Positions 37,061 to 49,199 of a stretch of DNA of 64,000 nt are shown piece after piece. Source of the DNA: Entomortierella parvispora E1425 (lineage: Eukaryota > Fungi > Mortierellomycota). A program made the translations under genes and the position numbers. The notes below the pieces were generated by a model. It did not search any database. It saw nothing but the letters and a program-made list of their open reading frames with translations, and was not told the origin of the DNA. Location of the stretch: the NCBI GenBank assembly GCA_020891255.1, contig BQFW01000015.1:1674001-1738000 (forward strand). The letters run 5' to 3'. Position 1 is the first letter of the stretch. Every line of letters starts with the position of its first letter.

Positions 37061-38456
37061 TCAGAACTCTACAATAAACTCGATGGAAGACATCACACCA
37101 ACAGCAATGGGGTGGTCAGAAGAACCATCGTATCCAGTGAATGTCAGGCTGAATCCTGTCTTAACCGGGAAGAACTCTCCCAATTTAGCTGCAGAGTCTG
37201 CCTCAAGGACAGTGTCCGCTATGTTCTCACCCGGGACCGCGTTAAACTCTTCATAGGTGGCGATTCCCAAGAGGTCTGTTTTGGCACTAGAAGTCCACAC
37301 CTGGAACTTGATTTTGCCAAGCTGGATCGTAACCGAGGCAGGATTGTGGAGTACGATCTTGAACCTGACCAAGCCAGCGCTCGCTCCGACCTTCTCGATC
37401 GCAGAGACAGAGTCCAAAAGACCTCTAGCAACGCCTCCAAAGTTGTTGAGACCCTGCAAGTTCATGTCCGTGGAGACAGCAGCCCCTAAAACAGGAATGG
37501 TCTTGAGATCCAGGTGAATTGGAACTCCCAAGGCAGCTAAGGGAACGGAAAGTGCGAGATCTACACTGGCATGTCCTCGAAGCGTAATTGTGTGGCTGGC
37601 AGTGCTGCGCAATGTTGAAAGCAGGGAGATTAAGGCTTGCAAGTTCTCAGGATCGACAATCAATGTTGTCGGCTCAATGTCCATCTCTAACTCAAAGCCC
37701 TTGGTGGACACGCTGGTCCAGTCAGAGACAAAAGAAGAGGTCACAGCAGCGCCGTCCTATTCCAATGAAAAGTAAAATCAGCAATGAAAAACAGCAATGT
37801 ATTCCCAAGTCGTGCTGCCTCTTCAACTCACATACCCATATCGACAACTATTCGAGAGAATGTTCGAAACCAGGCAGATGGGTTAGGTCCTAATATTACA
37901 AAAACCACCACTTCTCACCAAAAAAAAAAAAAAAAAAAAAAAAAAACCACATACATCGAACTTGGTGCGAACAATAGGAAGGGTTGTGATTCCAGGGACA
38001 CCAAGGATACGGACAGAAGCCTTGCGGAAAGATATTTGAGGAGTAGAGCCTTTCAGGTTGAAGGTCATATCTGACACTGCTGCCGACTGCACAAAGTTGA
38101 ATTGCGTCTACAATTAATGGAGGAATGCAATGTATCTGATGCGTTAATCCTCTAGTCCTCCTTCCACTGAACGAACATATACTTTGCAGATCGCTTACCA
38201 GGATCGCATTGCAGCTGTCTGGGATATTCCGCGAATTGACAATTCTGAATTGAATGCAAGGTAGATGTCAAAAAGTCAGGGTGGGAGGTTGGACGGTGGG
38301 AGTGATCCCCGAAACACTGGACATTATTCGTTACTCAAACAAACAGGAGAGTCCAACTTTGATATCTAGCATTCGAGGGAGGAGAGAGGGACGGGCATAG
38401 ATGGAGGAAGAGAGTACAACGGCACTCGCCGCCATGATCATGGATGAAACTTTCAT
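37061..38456 (-). CDS. Secreted beta-rich protein, DUF3712/LEA2-like, 5 exons including a 12-nt microexon
   Basis: Signal-peptide-like MKVSSMIMAASAVVLSSSIYA; exons join in frame (LFE|IVNSR...IL|TQFNF...KFD|LSIW|DGAAV...); LHNPASVTIQLGKIKFQV and LQGLNNFGG resemble DUF3712-type repeats. Confidence 0.6.
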
Positions 38457-39308
38457 GGTATAGGTAAGAAAGGAAGACGAGAGACTGGAGGTGGGTGTTT
38501 GAATTCAAATCGTCAAAAAAAAGAAAAGAATTTTATTTATATAGGCCAATCCCTTCTTCTCCTTTCAGCCAAGATAGTTGCACCATTGTCACCAGGAATC
38601 TAGTGGATAATGAGAAAAAAGTGATGTTCCCTCCTGCTTCTCTGAAGAGGGGGTGCGTCCTCAGAGTTGAACGAAAATGGTGTAGATGTCCATCATACTC
38701 CCTTGTTCAACATGAGGGGGTGACATTAACGGGGAAGCGAGTTTTGACCCCAGTGGGAGTGAGGGGAGGCATGTGGTTCAACGTCGTTCAAAGTAGAAAG
38801 GAGGAATATCTGGGTTTTGAGGTTTTCTGCGGAGGAGTGCGAGTGTGGCATTCCTGCAGCTGATGAAGAACAAACATCCATTGTAGTGAGAGTCTTGGCC
38901 GTAAGTGAAATGATATGATCGCCAAGTGGATTCAAGCCTCACCAAAAGTGGAGAGCTTCATGGCCAAAGCCACAACCGAAAAAAAGGAGGGTTAATTGCT
39001 CTGGTAAAAAGACGTTTCCTCCAAGGGGACATCAGCGTTATCATAATAGACGCCCCGTGCAAAGGGGGAAGAGGAAAACGGGAGGGAAAGGGTATCACCA
39101 GGATGACACCTCCTCAACCCCATTTTTCAATAGTGAAGACGCGTCGGCACAATCGCTATCGTATTGGCGTAGTTGCACTGCAAGCACAGGCGCATGGTCT
39201 TTATCATATAACTACACAAGTAAGTAGGTACACCATAACGGTTCATACGAAGCAGAGTATCTGTCGACAGGAATGGTAAAGGCTCAATAATGAGACGCTT
39301 CCTGGACA

Positions 39309-42300
39309 TTGACGGTCCATAAAGTCACGTGACCAAGTCGGCCAATCGTCGTCGCGCCTGCAGTCCATTATTGGCCCGATGAACCAGCCCATGAAATTGA
39401 ACAAGGGCCAAAAAACAGATATTTTCTTTTTGTCCACGGGAATAAAGGGGGGTTGTCAGGCGCCTGGGCCCGTTCATGCATGCGGCACATTTGCTACATC
39501 ATTCTTTTACATTCTTTCATTGGCGCACCTTCTCCAAATGCCCAAGCATCAATTGTCTCAACAGGACCAGGAACCGCCCCAGGAACCCAAGCAGCAACAA
39601 CAGCAACAACAGCGGACGCGAAAACGACAGAAACGAGAGCCTCCGACAACTGGCCAGCAACCATGCTCCCAGCAAGTCGATTCATCTCAACGTGAATCTA
39701 ATGTAATGCTCGACTCGACTACGTCAGCTCTACGCATGCTGCGGAATGAACAGTGCCATCTGTGTGCCTCTATGCCATTCTGTTTGCCTATATACTCATG
39801 CTCCATCTCTGGGCTTCGTTGTGCCTGCAGGATTCACTCGACGCGTCCGAGCTCGCGGCGTCACGACAACACGACAACACGCAAGGAATCTCGTCTAGTA
39901 CTTCTATTGTCGCGCAGTTCCATGCGGACAAGAAGGCGCGTCAAGCTCATGAGCTTGACTTGAGACAAAAGGAGTTGGCCTGTATGCAACTTGTCCGCGA
40001 ACAGCGAAGGGAAAGTATCAAGACGTCGACGCGTGCACTCTATGACCGATATCAAGCCGTATTCTCTGTAAGTTGGGCCAAGTGTACGATCGTGGCTGAT
40101 CATGGCTGACAGTGCCCTTTATCCTTTTTTTTTTTTTTTTTTTTTCTAATTCGTCTACTACAAACACCCATAAACTCATTAATGACTAGAAATGGTGCAC
40201 GGAAGCTGGATACTCAGACGCCAACGTCATCGAAGAGAAAGTCTTGCGTTACTGGACTTGTTTAACTGCATCGAAAGAGGACCCAAGCAAGGGTAAGAAC
40301 CGATAATCACATTTTGTATCTCCATTGTCTACGTATTCTCATCAGAATGACCTCTATGTCAACTTCCATGTTAACAGGTATCATCATTTTACCTACTGGA
40401 ATGCGCGGGAAAAGAAAAAGCAATTGAAGACGAGAGAGAAAGAGGCGACGACAACAGTGACAGTGACAGCGATGGTCATGATAGCGACGACACTGATGAT
40501 GACAACGATAGTGACAGCGATAGTGTCAATGACGACCTCGGTGAGAATGTATGTCATTCCGACAGGGGATTACCGGCCAATGCACCGTCTCTCTCAACGG
40601 TAAAATTACACGCATCCGCCATCGGAGAACTCTACCGTCAGCAACGTGTGGACCCAGACAACAAAGTCATGTTCAGGTGTCTCGAGAGAAAGCCGATGGA
40701 TTACCTGAGGGACCTGATTACGAGTTACGAAAGAAGAGTGGCGGTCACGAAGAGAGCGACAGATACCGATCAAGGCTCAGCAAACTTTGTCGAGGAGGAC
40801 CCTTTGGAGAATGTCAAGATGGTAATGGTGCACTTTTGGCACCATAATATACAGGGCGAACAGAGCAAATGGACACGAGTGATAACTGGTCTTCGCCATC
40901 GAGCTGACGCCGCCCTTCGATTTTTTATGATGTGCCGCAGTGAAACCACACGCAGGATGAGATTGATCGACCTCTTTGGCCAGAATGTTGCACGTCCAGT
41001 GCGGAAAGATCGGGAGCAGGAGAGAAAATTCGTCCTTGGTGTGGTTTTGATGACAAGACAAGGAAAAATGAACAATAATGGCAAGATCCGATATAATGTC
41101 GTGGTACGAAACCCAGACGTGGAAGCGTGTCCTGTCGGTGCTCTAGCCTTTTATCTGCTTGAGTACTGGTTGGTAAGTTTGAACTTTTTGATTATGACGT
41201 ACATTTTATGAGCTGGGTGAGGCTCTACCCCTTTCTAATCTGAATTATCTAGCCTACTTCCTCATCGGCTGCCCCTCCGCCTAGAGTAGAAGATCACGAC
41301 TGGGTCAACTATCACTTGTTGTCAAAGTCCACCACACGAACATCAGAGATACGATATGCCACACAGTACAAGCAGACACGCGAGGTCCAGGATTATCTCA
41401 ACATTGGTGTCAAAGGCAAAGCAACCCATCTCAGTAGACGACTGGGTGCTTTTTTGGCGCGGCTGACTGGAGCCACGCACGAAGATATATCGAAACACGG
41501 CGGCTGGGGGACAAACCGACTCATCACCCATTACCTCGACGGCGTCGATGCATCTGTGGCGTTGCAAATGGCCGGATTTGAGAATGGCCGTACGGAAAAC
41601 TTTTGGCTGGAGCGTAATGTCATTCCAGACCTCGAGCTACAGCGCATGGTCTTCCCATTCATTGAACGTGCATGCTCAAATCCTGAGGACAAAAAGCACT
41701 ACGACCCTTTCTGGATCCAGACCATCGACAACATCATGCTGGATCGGAGCATATTCTACGGACGTCAAGAGGAAAATATTAAGATCAAAAAAAATCAAGA
41801 AAAGGGCTGCACGGAAAGTTCTCTCTGATGAGGCAATCTCGCGTCGACGGCATCTTTGTCTGCTTGCCCACTTGCGGAAAGTCATTCTGCAGGACGCCGC
41901 CGTCTTTTTTATTGGCCGAGAACAAATCTTCCCGGCACCCTATTTTCAAGCGTGAAGTATTCAGGTCTCCGGAATTTTTGGCCTTTAAGAAGTTGATGGC
42001 AGAAACGTTAGCCCACACTTCCCTTCGCCCTAGCAACCTAACGTCCGTGGCACCTGTTATTCAGCGGCAACTGGAGGCCGCCAATGCCCTCATATCACAG
42101 CAAACTTCCCGACAACAAACAATGAGCACTGCGATCTCCAAGATCTCGGATAACATTGAGAGGCTCCAAGTCTACCAGGACCGCCGAGCCTTGCATGCAG
42201 AGCAGCGTAATCAGTATGTCCTTGAGGGTGTCGTTCAAGGTATGGGCAAGGTGAATGACAAGATTGATGCCCTAGTGAAGTCATTAGCGGCCTCTCTGTC

Positions 42301-43343
42301 AGATGCTGCTGGTCGGATGACCTCTATAACCCAAGAACAAGAACAAGGAGGCTTGAGTATCACTGAAGGGTCCGTTCTACCTCGTTTGGGTCTGCTGTCA
42401 AAAGAGCAGGAAGCCCCAGGTGCCCCGATTCTCAGCCTGCAATTATCGAGGGTAGAAGAATCGAGCTTAGTCGCTCCTCCTCCTTCCATTATCCATCCAC
42501 GTTGTCATGATGACAGCGGCCATTCTGTCAAAACTCAAGATAAAATCCAAGCTGTGGCTGTAGTAATTGCGCACTACAGAAGAGAGAGAGGCGAGGTTGA
42601 CCCTCCTATGCCCAGGCACATGCCTTTGTGCACGTTGGTCCCTCGGCCAAACACGCTAGAGGGGGTTTGGCAAGAGTGGTTCTATGGTGTCAATGGTAGC
42701 CCCTCAGTCGTGACGATGGATTCATGGTATTCAAATCTATGGCGCAGTGAAAAGAATTCGGCTAACCCTGATGGGAAAAACGGGTTTGCAGGTCTCTACT
42801 TATTCAAGAAGACGATTGTTCAATCGGTCTTGCGCTACATCCCGGATAACACACCAATTGACATGGCTATGATTGCACAAGCTCTTCAAGACTTTCAGGA
42901 CATGCTGAAGGAAGATTGCAACTCTTGCTCAATTGCAGCATACTACAAGCTTTTGCCCAAAAAGGTTTCCAAGAGGTTTGGAAGCTCAGAAGAAAAAGAG
43001 CAAGGAAAAGGAAAGGTGAAAGCAAAAGAGCAACCATAGTTTTTTTTCCTTTTTTTTTTTTTTTTAATAAAATACACATGCGCGTGCGCACACACGCTCT
43101 CACACACGCAGACATGAAAAATACGACAGAGAAACAGTGAGTGAGAGGAAAGGGAAGAGAGGGAGGAGAGGGAGGAGGGAGAGGGGAGGGGAGGGAGGGA
43201 GGGAGGAGAGAAGTACGTACGGAGATTCGACAGGCAGTCGTTGATCAAAGACGATGCCAGACCGTCAGGGGGGACTGTGGCTCATCATCTCATAATGGAT
43301 AAAAAGGGGCGAAAACAAAATTTCATTGGTTTTGACGGTCCAT
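39309..43343 (+). mobile_element. Crypton (tyrosine-recombinase DNA transposon); ends inferred from a 12-bp direct repeat
   Basis: TTGACGGTCCAT at 39309-39320 and 43332-43343 flanks an intron-containing tyrosine recombinase + GCR1_C gene. Confidence 0.8.
39538..43039 (+). pseudogene. Crypton tyrosine recombinase (Ndc10-II-like) with a C-terminal GCR1_C DNA-binding domain; 4 introns, three +1 frameshifts
   Basis: YDRYQAVFS|KWC; MMCRSETTR (catalytic Arg); GKMNNNG...RNPDVEACPVGALAFY; KATHLSRR (H-x-x-R); GGW...HYL (catalytic Tyr); LRKVILQDAA; HPIF; TLEGVWQEWFYG...WR (GCR1_C). Introns 39703-39830, 40068-40189, 40293-40377 and about 41173-41252. Confidence 0.88.
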
Positions 43344-43449
43344 TGGCAATGGCCCTGACTATGTTACACACGCCCTCATAGGCCGTCCATAAAAATCCAT
43401 TCAACAAAAATGAACCGTGAATTTTATGGAAATGAAGATTTATTACAAA

Positions 43450-44407
43450 TTACAACTTGGCAGACTTGTTGACAGCAAGACCGTAGTACGGAAGATCCAA
43501 GAAATTGGTCATGAGCTCAAAGCGATCCGAACCAAAAAAGAAATGCTCCTCATCCGATCCGGCCTGCTTGACCACAAACCAAGGAGCGCCAAAAGCTCCC
43601 TTGTCCAAGGCCTCGTTTGTGTTATCGACCAGCTTTTGCTTTATGTCCTTCTCAGCCGCCATCTGGATGAGTTCTGCCACTTTGGATTCGGAGCCATTGA
43701 AGACAGGTGCCAACGCAGCCATAATGACTTCCTTCTGGGTAACATCCTCACCCTTTCCCCAGTACGCGCCGTAGAGCTGAATGGACAACCACGGACAAAT
43801 TGCAGGTAAAACAAAGAGAGAGAGAGAGGTTAGGGCTCTGCTATCACCATCACAGACTTCGCTAGAAGAGCCATTGAACGTACCGCTTCAACGCAAGCCT
43901 GGTACAAGGCGGGTTCACACTTCTGGATCACAATCAGCAACCTCATGACATGGACAGTCATTACTGGGAACTGGGAGGGGAAGGAATACGGAATCCCTGT
44001 CATGTTGCAGATCCTGTTCAGGTCCGAGAACTGCAATTATATGAAGAGGTTAGTGTCACGCCAGCGATGGCGCCATATGACGTGCAGGTCATAACTTCGT
44101 TGTTTCTGAATCTTACCATGTACGTTCCCTTGGCCGGAACATTGGCTGGGGGCTGGTTCTTTGAGCCCTATTGCAATAAAGCAGCCACAGGCAAGTGTTA
44201 GAGTGGGGTACTCGATTCGTTCATGCGGGACAGTTGGATGCTGATGAGTCACTTTACGGTCATGATGCCATGGAGGAACATAGGTCGCAGTTCGACCTGA
44301 ACCTTGTCTCCCCACTTCTCCTTGTAGCGATTGAGGAGCATCACCCCAAAGTAGCTGTAAGGCGACACGATGTCATAGTAGCAGACGATGCTTGCAGGAG
44401 ATGTCAT
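43450..44407 (-). CDS. GSTK1: Glutathione S-transferase kappa / DsbA-like HCCA isomerase
   Basis: YYDIVSPYSY, ELRPMFLHGIM, GAFGAPWFVV and FFGSDRF motifs over 4 exons. Confidence 0.88.
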
Positions 44408-44673
44408 TGTGGGGATGAATGCGATGAGGAACGTGCAGAATGAATTAGGAGACGAGGAAAAAAAAAAGAAATAAACTCGTTGTTGAGATGAGGAATAAAA
44501 GAAACAAACTCGTTGTTGACACGAGCCGAGCCAAGTGGACCTTTTACTTCCCCACATCCCTGCGGCAAGGTGCTCTCAAGTTCTCACTCGGAGGAAGCCC
44601 CAATTGGTTTTTTGAATTTTGATCGAACATATATGTATTTTTTAGAAAGATTCTATGTGCTGGAATGGGAGGG

Positions 44674-47600
44674 CTAGTAGGCGCCTTCGGGAAATCCTGC
44701 AAACTCGGACAGATCAGAGACAGCGCCGTGGTTGGCAGTGGTATATACGACCTTGAGACGCAGGCGAACGGGGGTCTACAGAGTAGAGGGGTTAGAGTGT
44801 TTGCGCCTGTCGTCCTTACCTAATACGATACAATGCACATGCAACTCTCTTACCTTTTGTGGGTTAGCAATCTTGAGCAATTGAGTGGCGTTGCCTCCAG
44901 CAGGAATCTCACTCGATGAGGCAGCTCGCATCTGGAGTTGTTGCGTCTTTGTAACGGCGGCATGAAACTGTACGCCGCTAATAGCTCCTCCAGAGACATT
45001 TTGGTCATTTTGGAATGTGGCAAGGATATTAACAACGTTGGGGTTGGAGCTGTCACGCTGTGGAGTGAAGACAATCGAGAAGCCGTTCTTGCTATAAACT
45101 GGGAAGGTCTTCTGAGAAGATCCCTGACTGCTAGCCGAGCCATTGCTGGCGTTTGAGGTTGTCCGAGCAAAAGCCGGTGCAGGGGTAGGTGTCTGAGCTG
45201 CTGCCATCCCGCCTCCAAGAAGGTCCAGAATGTTGCTATTGGCGTTTGCTGGAGGTGATCCCGTGCTGGCGGGTGAGCCAAGTCCTGCAAACAGATCCCC
45301 AACTGCAGCGGCCGAAGGCTTGAAGGCCGCTGACGGGGACATGCTCGGGCCACCAAACAAATCGGCCAGCAAATCAATGTTGCTTGCAGGGCCGTTTCCT
45401 GCCATTGTGGGGGCTCCTGTGTTGATCTGGGCGTTTGTGGTGCCGCCACTGGTGCCGATACCCATGAGATCCAGCAAAAGCTAGAGTCACCATTACGAAA
45501 GGATTAGATTTCATTATGTTGCAGGAGTTGAGCATCATGACCTTCTTTGACTTACATCTTGATCGCTAGGTCCAGCAGCATCGATTGCTTGAGCGGCGGC
45601 GCTTCCAGAAGCTATATGAACATATGATTTTAAGAAACTTAGTCCAGACCATTGCTTTTTATCACAGTGATATGGCTGTCGGCAACTGTGACTTACAATT
45701 ACTGTTAAGGTGCTCGCCGGCAATGACTGTTTCTTTGATTTGCATGACAGGCATTCTCTCCAAAACAGCAGGGCGGATTTCGTCGTACTGGAACAGGTTT
45801 GTAAACTCAACAGCACGCTGCTGAATCTCAACCTCAATGGATGTGGAGAATCCGGCCATCAACTGCTTCACTCTCTCTGAAGACGAAGCAGATGAAAATC
45901 TGGATGTCAACTTCATCAAAGCCGTGATAATGTACTCCCGAAGGACTTGATTGGCAAAAGGTCCAGCAAGGATAGATTCCAGCAGGTCAATGACATCAGA
46001 TTCCGACACCTTGGTAGAGCAGGAAAGGTCAAAAAAGAAGTTAGCTCTGTACTTATTCGTGAATGGAGATAGGCCTTAAGGAATCCTGCGACAGCATACC
46101 TCCTTGGCAAGTTCCTCTTCTTCATAACTTCCACCCTGTACAAGGATATCGCCGTATTCACCAATAACCCAGACTCCAGCAAGGGTAAGAGACTCCTGTG
46201 AAATATCGTCCTTGAGAGCCGAGTACAACTTTTGGACAGTATATCCTTGCATCTCCTGAGTCTGGGTAATGAGTCGAATGAAGGATGCCAACATTTCTTC
46301 GCGGACATAGTTTCCTGCAAGCTTCAAAACGCGCAGGACTGTATCAATATGCCAACGTTTGTTGGGGGCAAATCTATAAAAAAGTAGTTCCAGGATTGTC
46401 AGTAATCTAGAAACATGTCTTAGTAGCTCATTTCAAAGAGGCCTGCAAGTTACCTTTCAGCGGCGAGACAGATCTTTGTCGTCATACTAGGCTTGAACTC
46501 GTTGTCAGCAATCTCCAAGAAGGCCAGTAGTTCGCGCGTCAAGACGCGAACATTGGACTCATTGATCAATGAGAAGGACAGCTCCAAAGCACGACGACGG
46601 ATGGAGATATCAGCATCGCGAAGGCAGTCCAAGATAATGTTTCGGTGACGCTGCACGGCATTGACATCCAAAGAGATGGATTTGTTGAGAGTGGTCAAGG
46701 CCACGTATCTGTGATTGCAAAACATGTAGCACAATATCAACGTCAACTATCAGTTTCCTTTGCTACTGCCAGGTCAGACGATTGCCAAGAAATGGTGCTG
46801 TACCTGATATTGTTGTCTCTGTTACTAAGGAATTTTCCAAGAATGTTGATGGCGAGAACACGGAGGGCATTGTCGGAAGGAGTCTCCATGATGGTAAGAA
46901 CTGTTTCGTACAGGATAGAGTTGCCAACATTTTTGGAAGACTCAGTGTTGGTGGCCACCTACGAGAATAAATAGTGGTCTGAGCAGATATTTTCATTGTA
47001 GCGGTCATGGTCAGGATCGAATATTCTTAAACAACGTACCTGAGCCAAAATATCGTTCATAGCTTCACTGCTCTCCACATCATCCTTTCCAAGAATACGG
47101 AGTAGACGCAAAATCCTGATCTGCAAGAAAGGGTCATTCACTCCAGTAACATCGTGTTCAGCTGAGAAGCCCGCGCTGACAAGGTTCTTCAGATGGCGGA
47201 CCAAGATGGGAACACTCTTGCGGAACCGCAGCAGAGTGTTGTCTGAAGCAAGGCACATCTCGGTGATGAGGGTAATGCCGGATAGAAGAACTCCGTGGTT
47301 GCGGTCATTCAGGAGCGACGATGCACGCTCAACATAGTCCACCTGCAGTTCAGGCACTTTCCGAATGATCCTGATGGCACAAAGGGCAGCCTAATACCAC
47401 ATTGGTGAGGGTGAGCGTCGCATGTCTTGTGTGGCTGAGTTTGCACGCAATGACCTGTTTTCCTGCCCTGATTACCTTCTTCCGGATATACATGTTAGAA
47501 CTTCCAAGAAGCTTCTCAACCTCTGAAGTCAGATCACGCGACATCTCCGCAGACGCAATGTTTCCCAATGTACACAGCGCAAGTCCAACAATATACATGT

Positions 47601-48193
47601 TGGCGTGGTTCAGATCGCTAGTGAATGATGAAGTAGAAGGCGGTCAGTTATCTTGTGGCGAAGTACAATACATGATCCGGCGTTGTTGATATTGATCCTT
47701 TGTCGCTTACTTCTTAAGAGAGTTGGTGAGAAGGGTCAGAACTTCCTGGTTTTCGTCCAACAGAAGCATGGTTCCAAGGTAGCCCAATCGTTTGTCCGAG
47801 AATAATGGGCTGGCAGCCAGCTTCAGACATTCGATTTGACCAAAATGGGCAGGGTACCCAAGCATATGAATGTACAGCAGCTTGGAGATGTTGGCATGAC
47901 GGAGCTCAGTATTTTCCTCCTTGAATGAGGTTCGAATGAATGCAGACTCTTTCTGGATGACGGCCCGCTCATCCGCATGGGTCTTGCAGGCACGGATGGC
48001 CTTGATGAGGTCTATAAAGAGAATGGGAACGCGTCAGGATCAGGTTTAATCGGAAGAATGTTGCAGTCGAGTGGGTAATTCATCCGAAGAAAGTGAGCGA
48101 GGAGAAGGCGAAATAGGACATGTTCTTGAGTCGCGGAGAACAGTCAGAACAAGTGATGACCGGGGTTGTACCTTTCAGGCGATAGAACACCAT
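44674..48193 (-). CDS. APL4: AP-1 adaptor complex gamma subunit
   Basis: MVFYRLK|[60 protein letters not shown] and a C-terminal gamma-adaptin ear ending FAGFPEGAY*. Confidence 0.95.
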
Positions 48194-48614
48194 TGGGTGT
48201 GTCAGATGAAGGGTGAAGGCAGAGGTGAGGGTCGGAGGGGGCAACGAAATGACAGGACGATGACGGGGCTAGAACGAGACGTGACGAGATGACCTAGATG
48301 ATGAAAGATGATGACCAGCGAGAATAGACAGCGCGATGCCCGCTCTGTCGGTCAGGCAGGGCTACCTCAGGTGGGGCAGCACAATACGCGCTATAATTAC
48401 GCCACCGAATCGACAGTCGCTTTTGCTTCACATGTAACTGATCACACGCGTTTCGCGGGTGGGTATATGAAGTCGAGAGGCCATATCGTACATGTTCTTC
48501 CACACTTCTTGAGCGTCCATGCTCTTGAGCCTTTCAATATGGTGATCCGGTGGTCCGGGTGTTTATTCAGATTTGGAAAGAAAGGCCATTCACAGCGTTT
48601 TGTTCGTTTCCAGA

Positions 48615-49061
48615 ATGATAAAAAACTACCGCATTTTTAGTCGTGTGCGTTGATCGGGGTTAACGCGTTCTTGCAGTCCCCCCCCCCCCCCTGTGCGTGT
48701 CTTCTTCACTCCTGAACTCTTCATATAGCTCTTCCAACATGTGGGCAACATCTTTCGCCGACTCACACGGAGATTGGTGCCTGGAGGGATTTCTGTTGAC
48801 CGAGAATCAGAGGACCACTTCTTCGAGATCCTGAACCTATTGCGCAAATCGAAGAGACTGTCGAACGTACTCAAGGGAACAAAGCAGCTCGCCAGGAACG
48901 TGGGCATTTTAAACCCCACGGGACTGATTTACGAAGGCTCAATCAGGACACCAGTGGGATCCCCAGTCGACTTCGTTGCTTTTTCAAGAAGGGGGCTAGT
49001 TTTTTCGGAATTTACACAGGCGGTACTGTATGATTTAGTCGAAGTTCTCAAGTTGCACATA
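48615..49061 (+). pseudogene. 5' part of a small unknown gene interrupted by the Fanzor element (frame resumes after 55350)
   Basis: MIKNYRIFSR|intron 48645-48728|LFQHVGNIFRRL...LVEVLKLHI; removing the element rejoins the frame to AIDWFTNDRATISFRPRVPTVWTASSGWTV up to a GTATGT donor at 55444. Confidence 0.55.
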
Positions 49062-49199
49062 GGTGTACAGTGGCAGGCACCTATTCCCAACAGTCCAAGA
49101 GTCAGTGAAAACGAACCGTCAACAAATTAACAGATCACATGATACGACGCGCGACATTCAGTACCGTAAAAAAATATGGCTTGAAGTCATTCTTCAAGC
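49040..49199 (-). ncRNA. Candidate Fanzor omegaRNA (scaffold about 49199-49062 plus a flank-derived guide)
   Basis: 131-nt gap between the Fanzor stop and the element end, with a perfect hairpin GCTTGAAG-AATGA-CTTCAAGC at 49179-49199 overlapping the stop. The position is that expected for TnpB/Fanzor omegaRNAs. Inferred; no expression data. Confidence 0.45.

Noticed and set aside
38495-39300. ORFs at 38495-38863, 38726-38935 and 38926-39279
   Set aside because: No recognisable motifs or consistent splicing; likely the upstream region of the secreted-protein gene.
3330-48691. Long A/T runs and G12/C14 tracts (e.g. 3358-3369, 48678-48691)
   Set aside because: Common in introns and UTRs throughout the window; lengths may be assembly-dependent; no specific function supportable.
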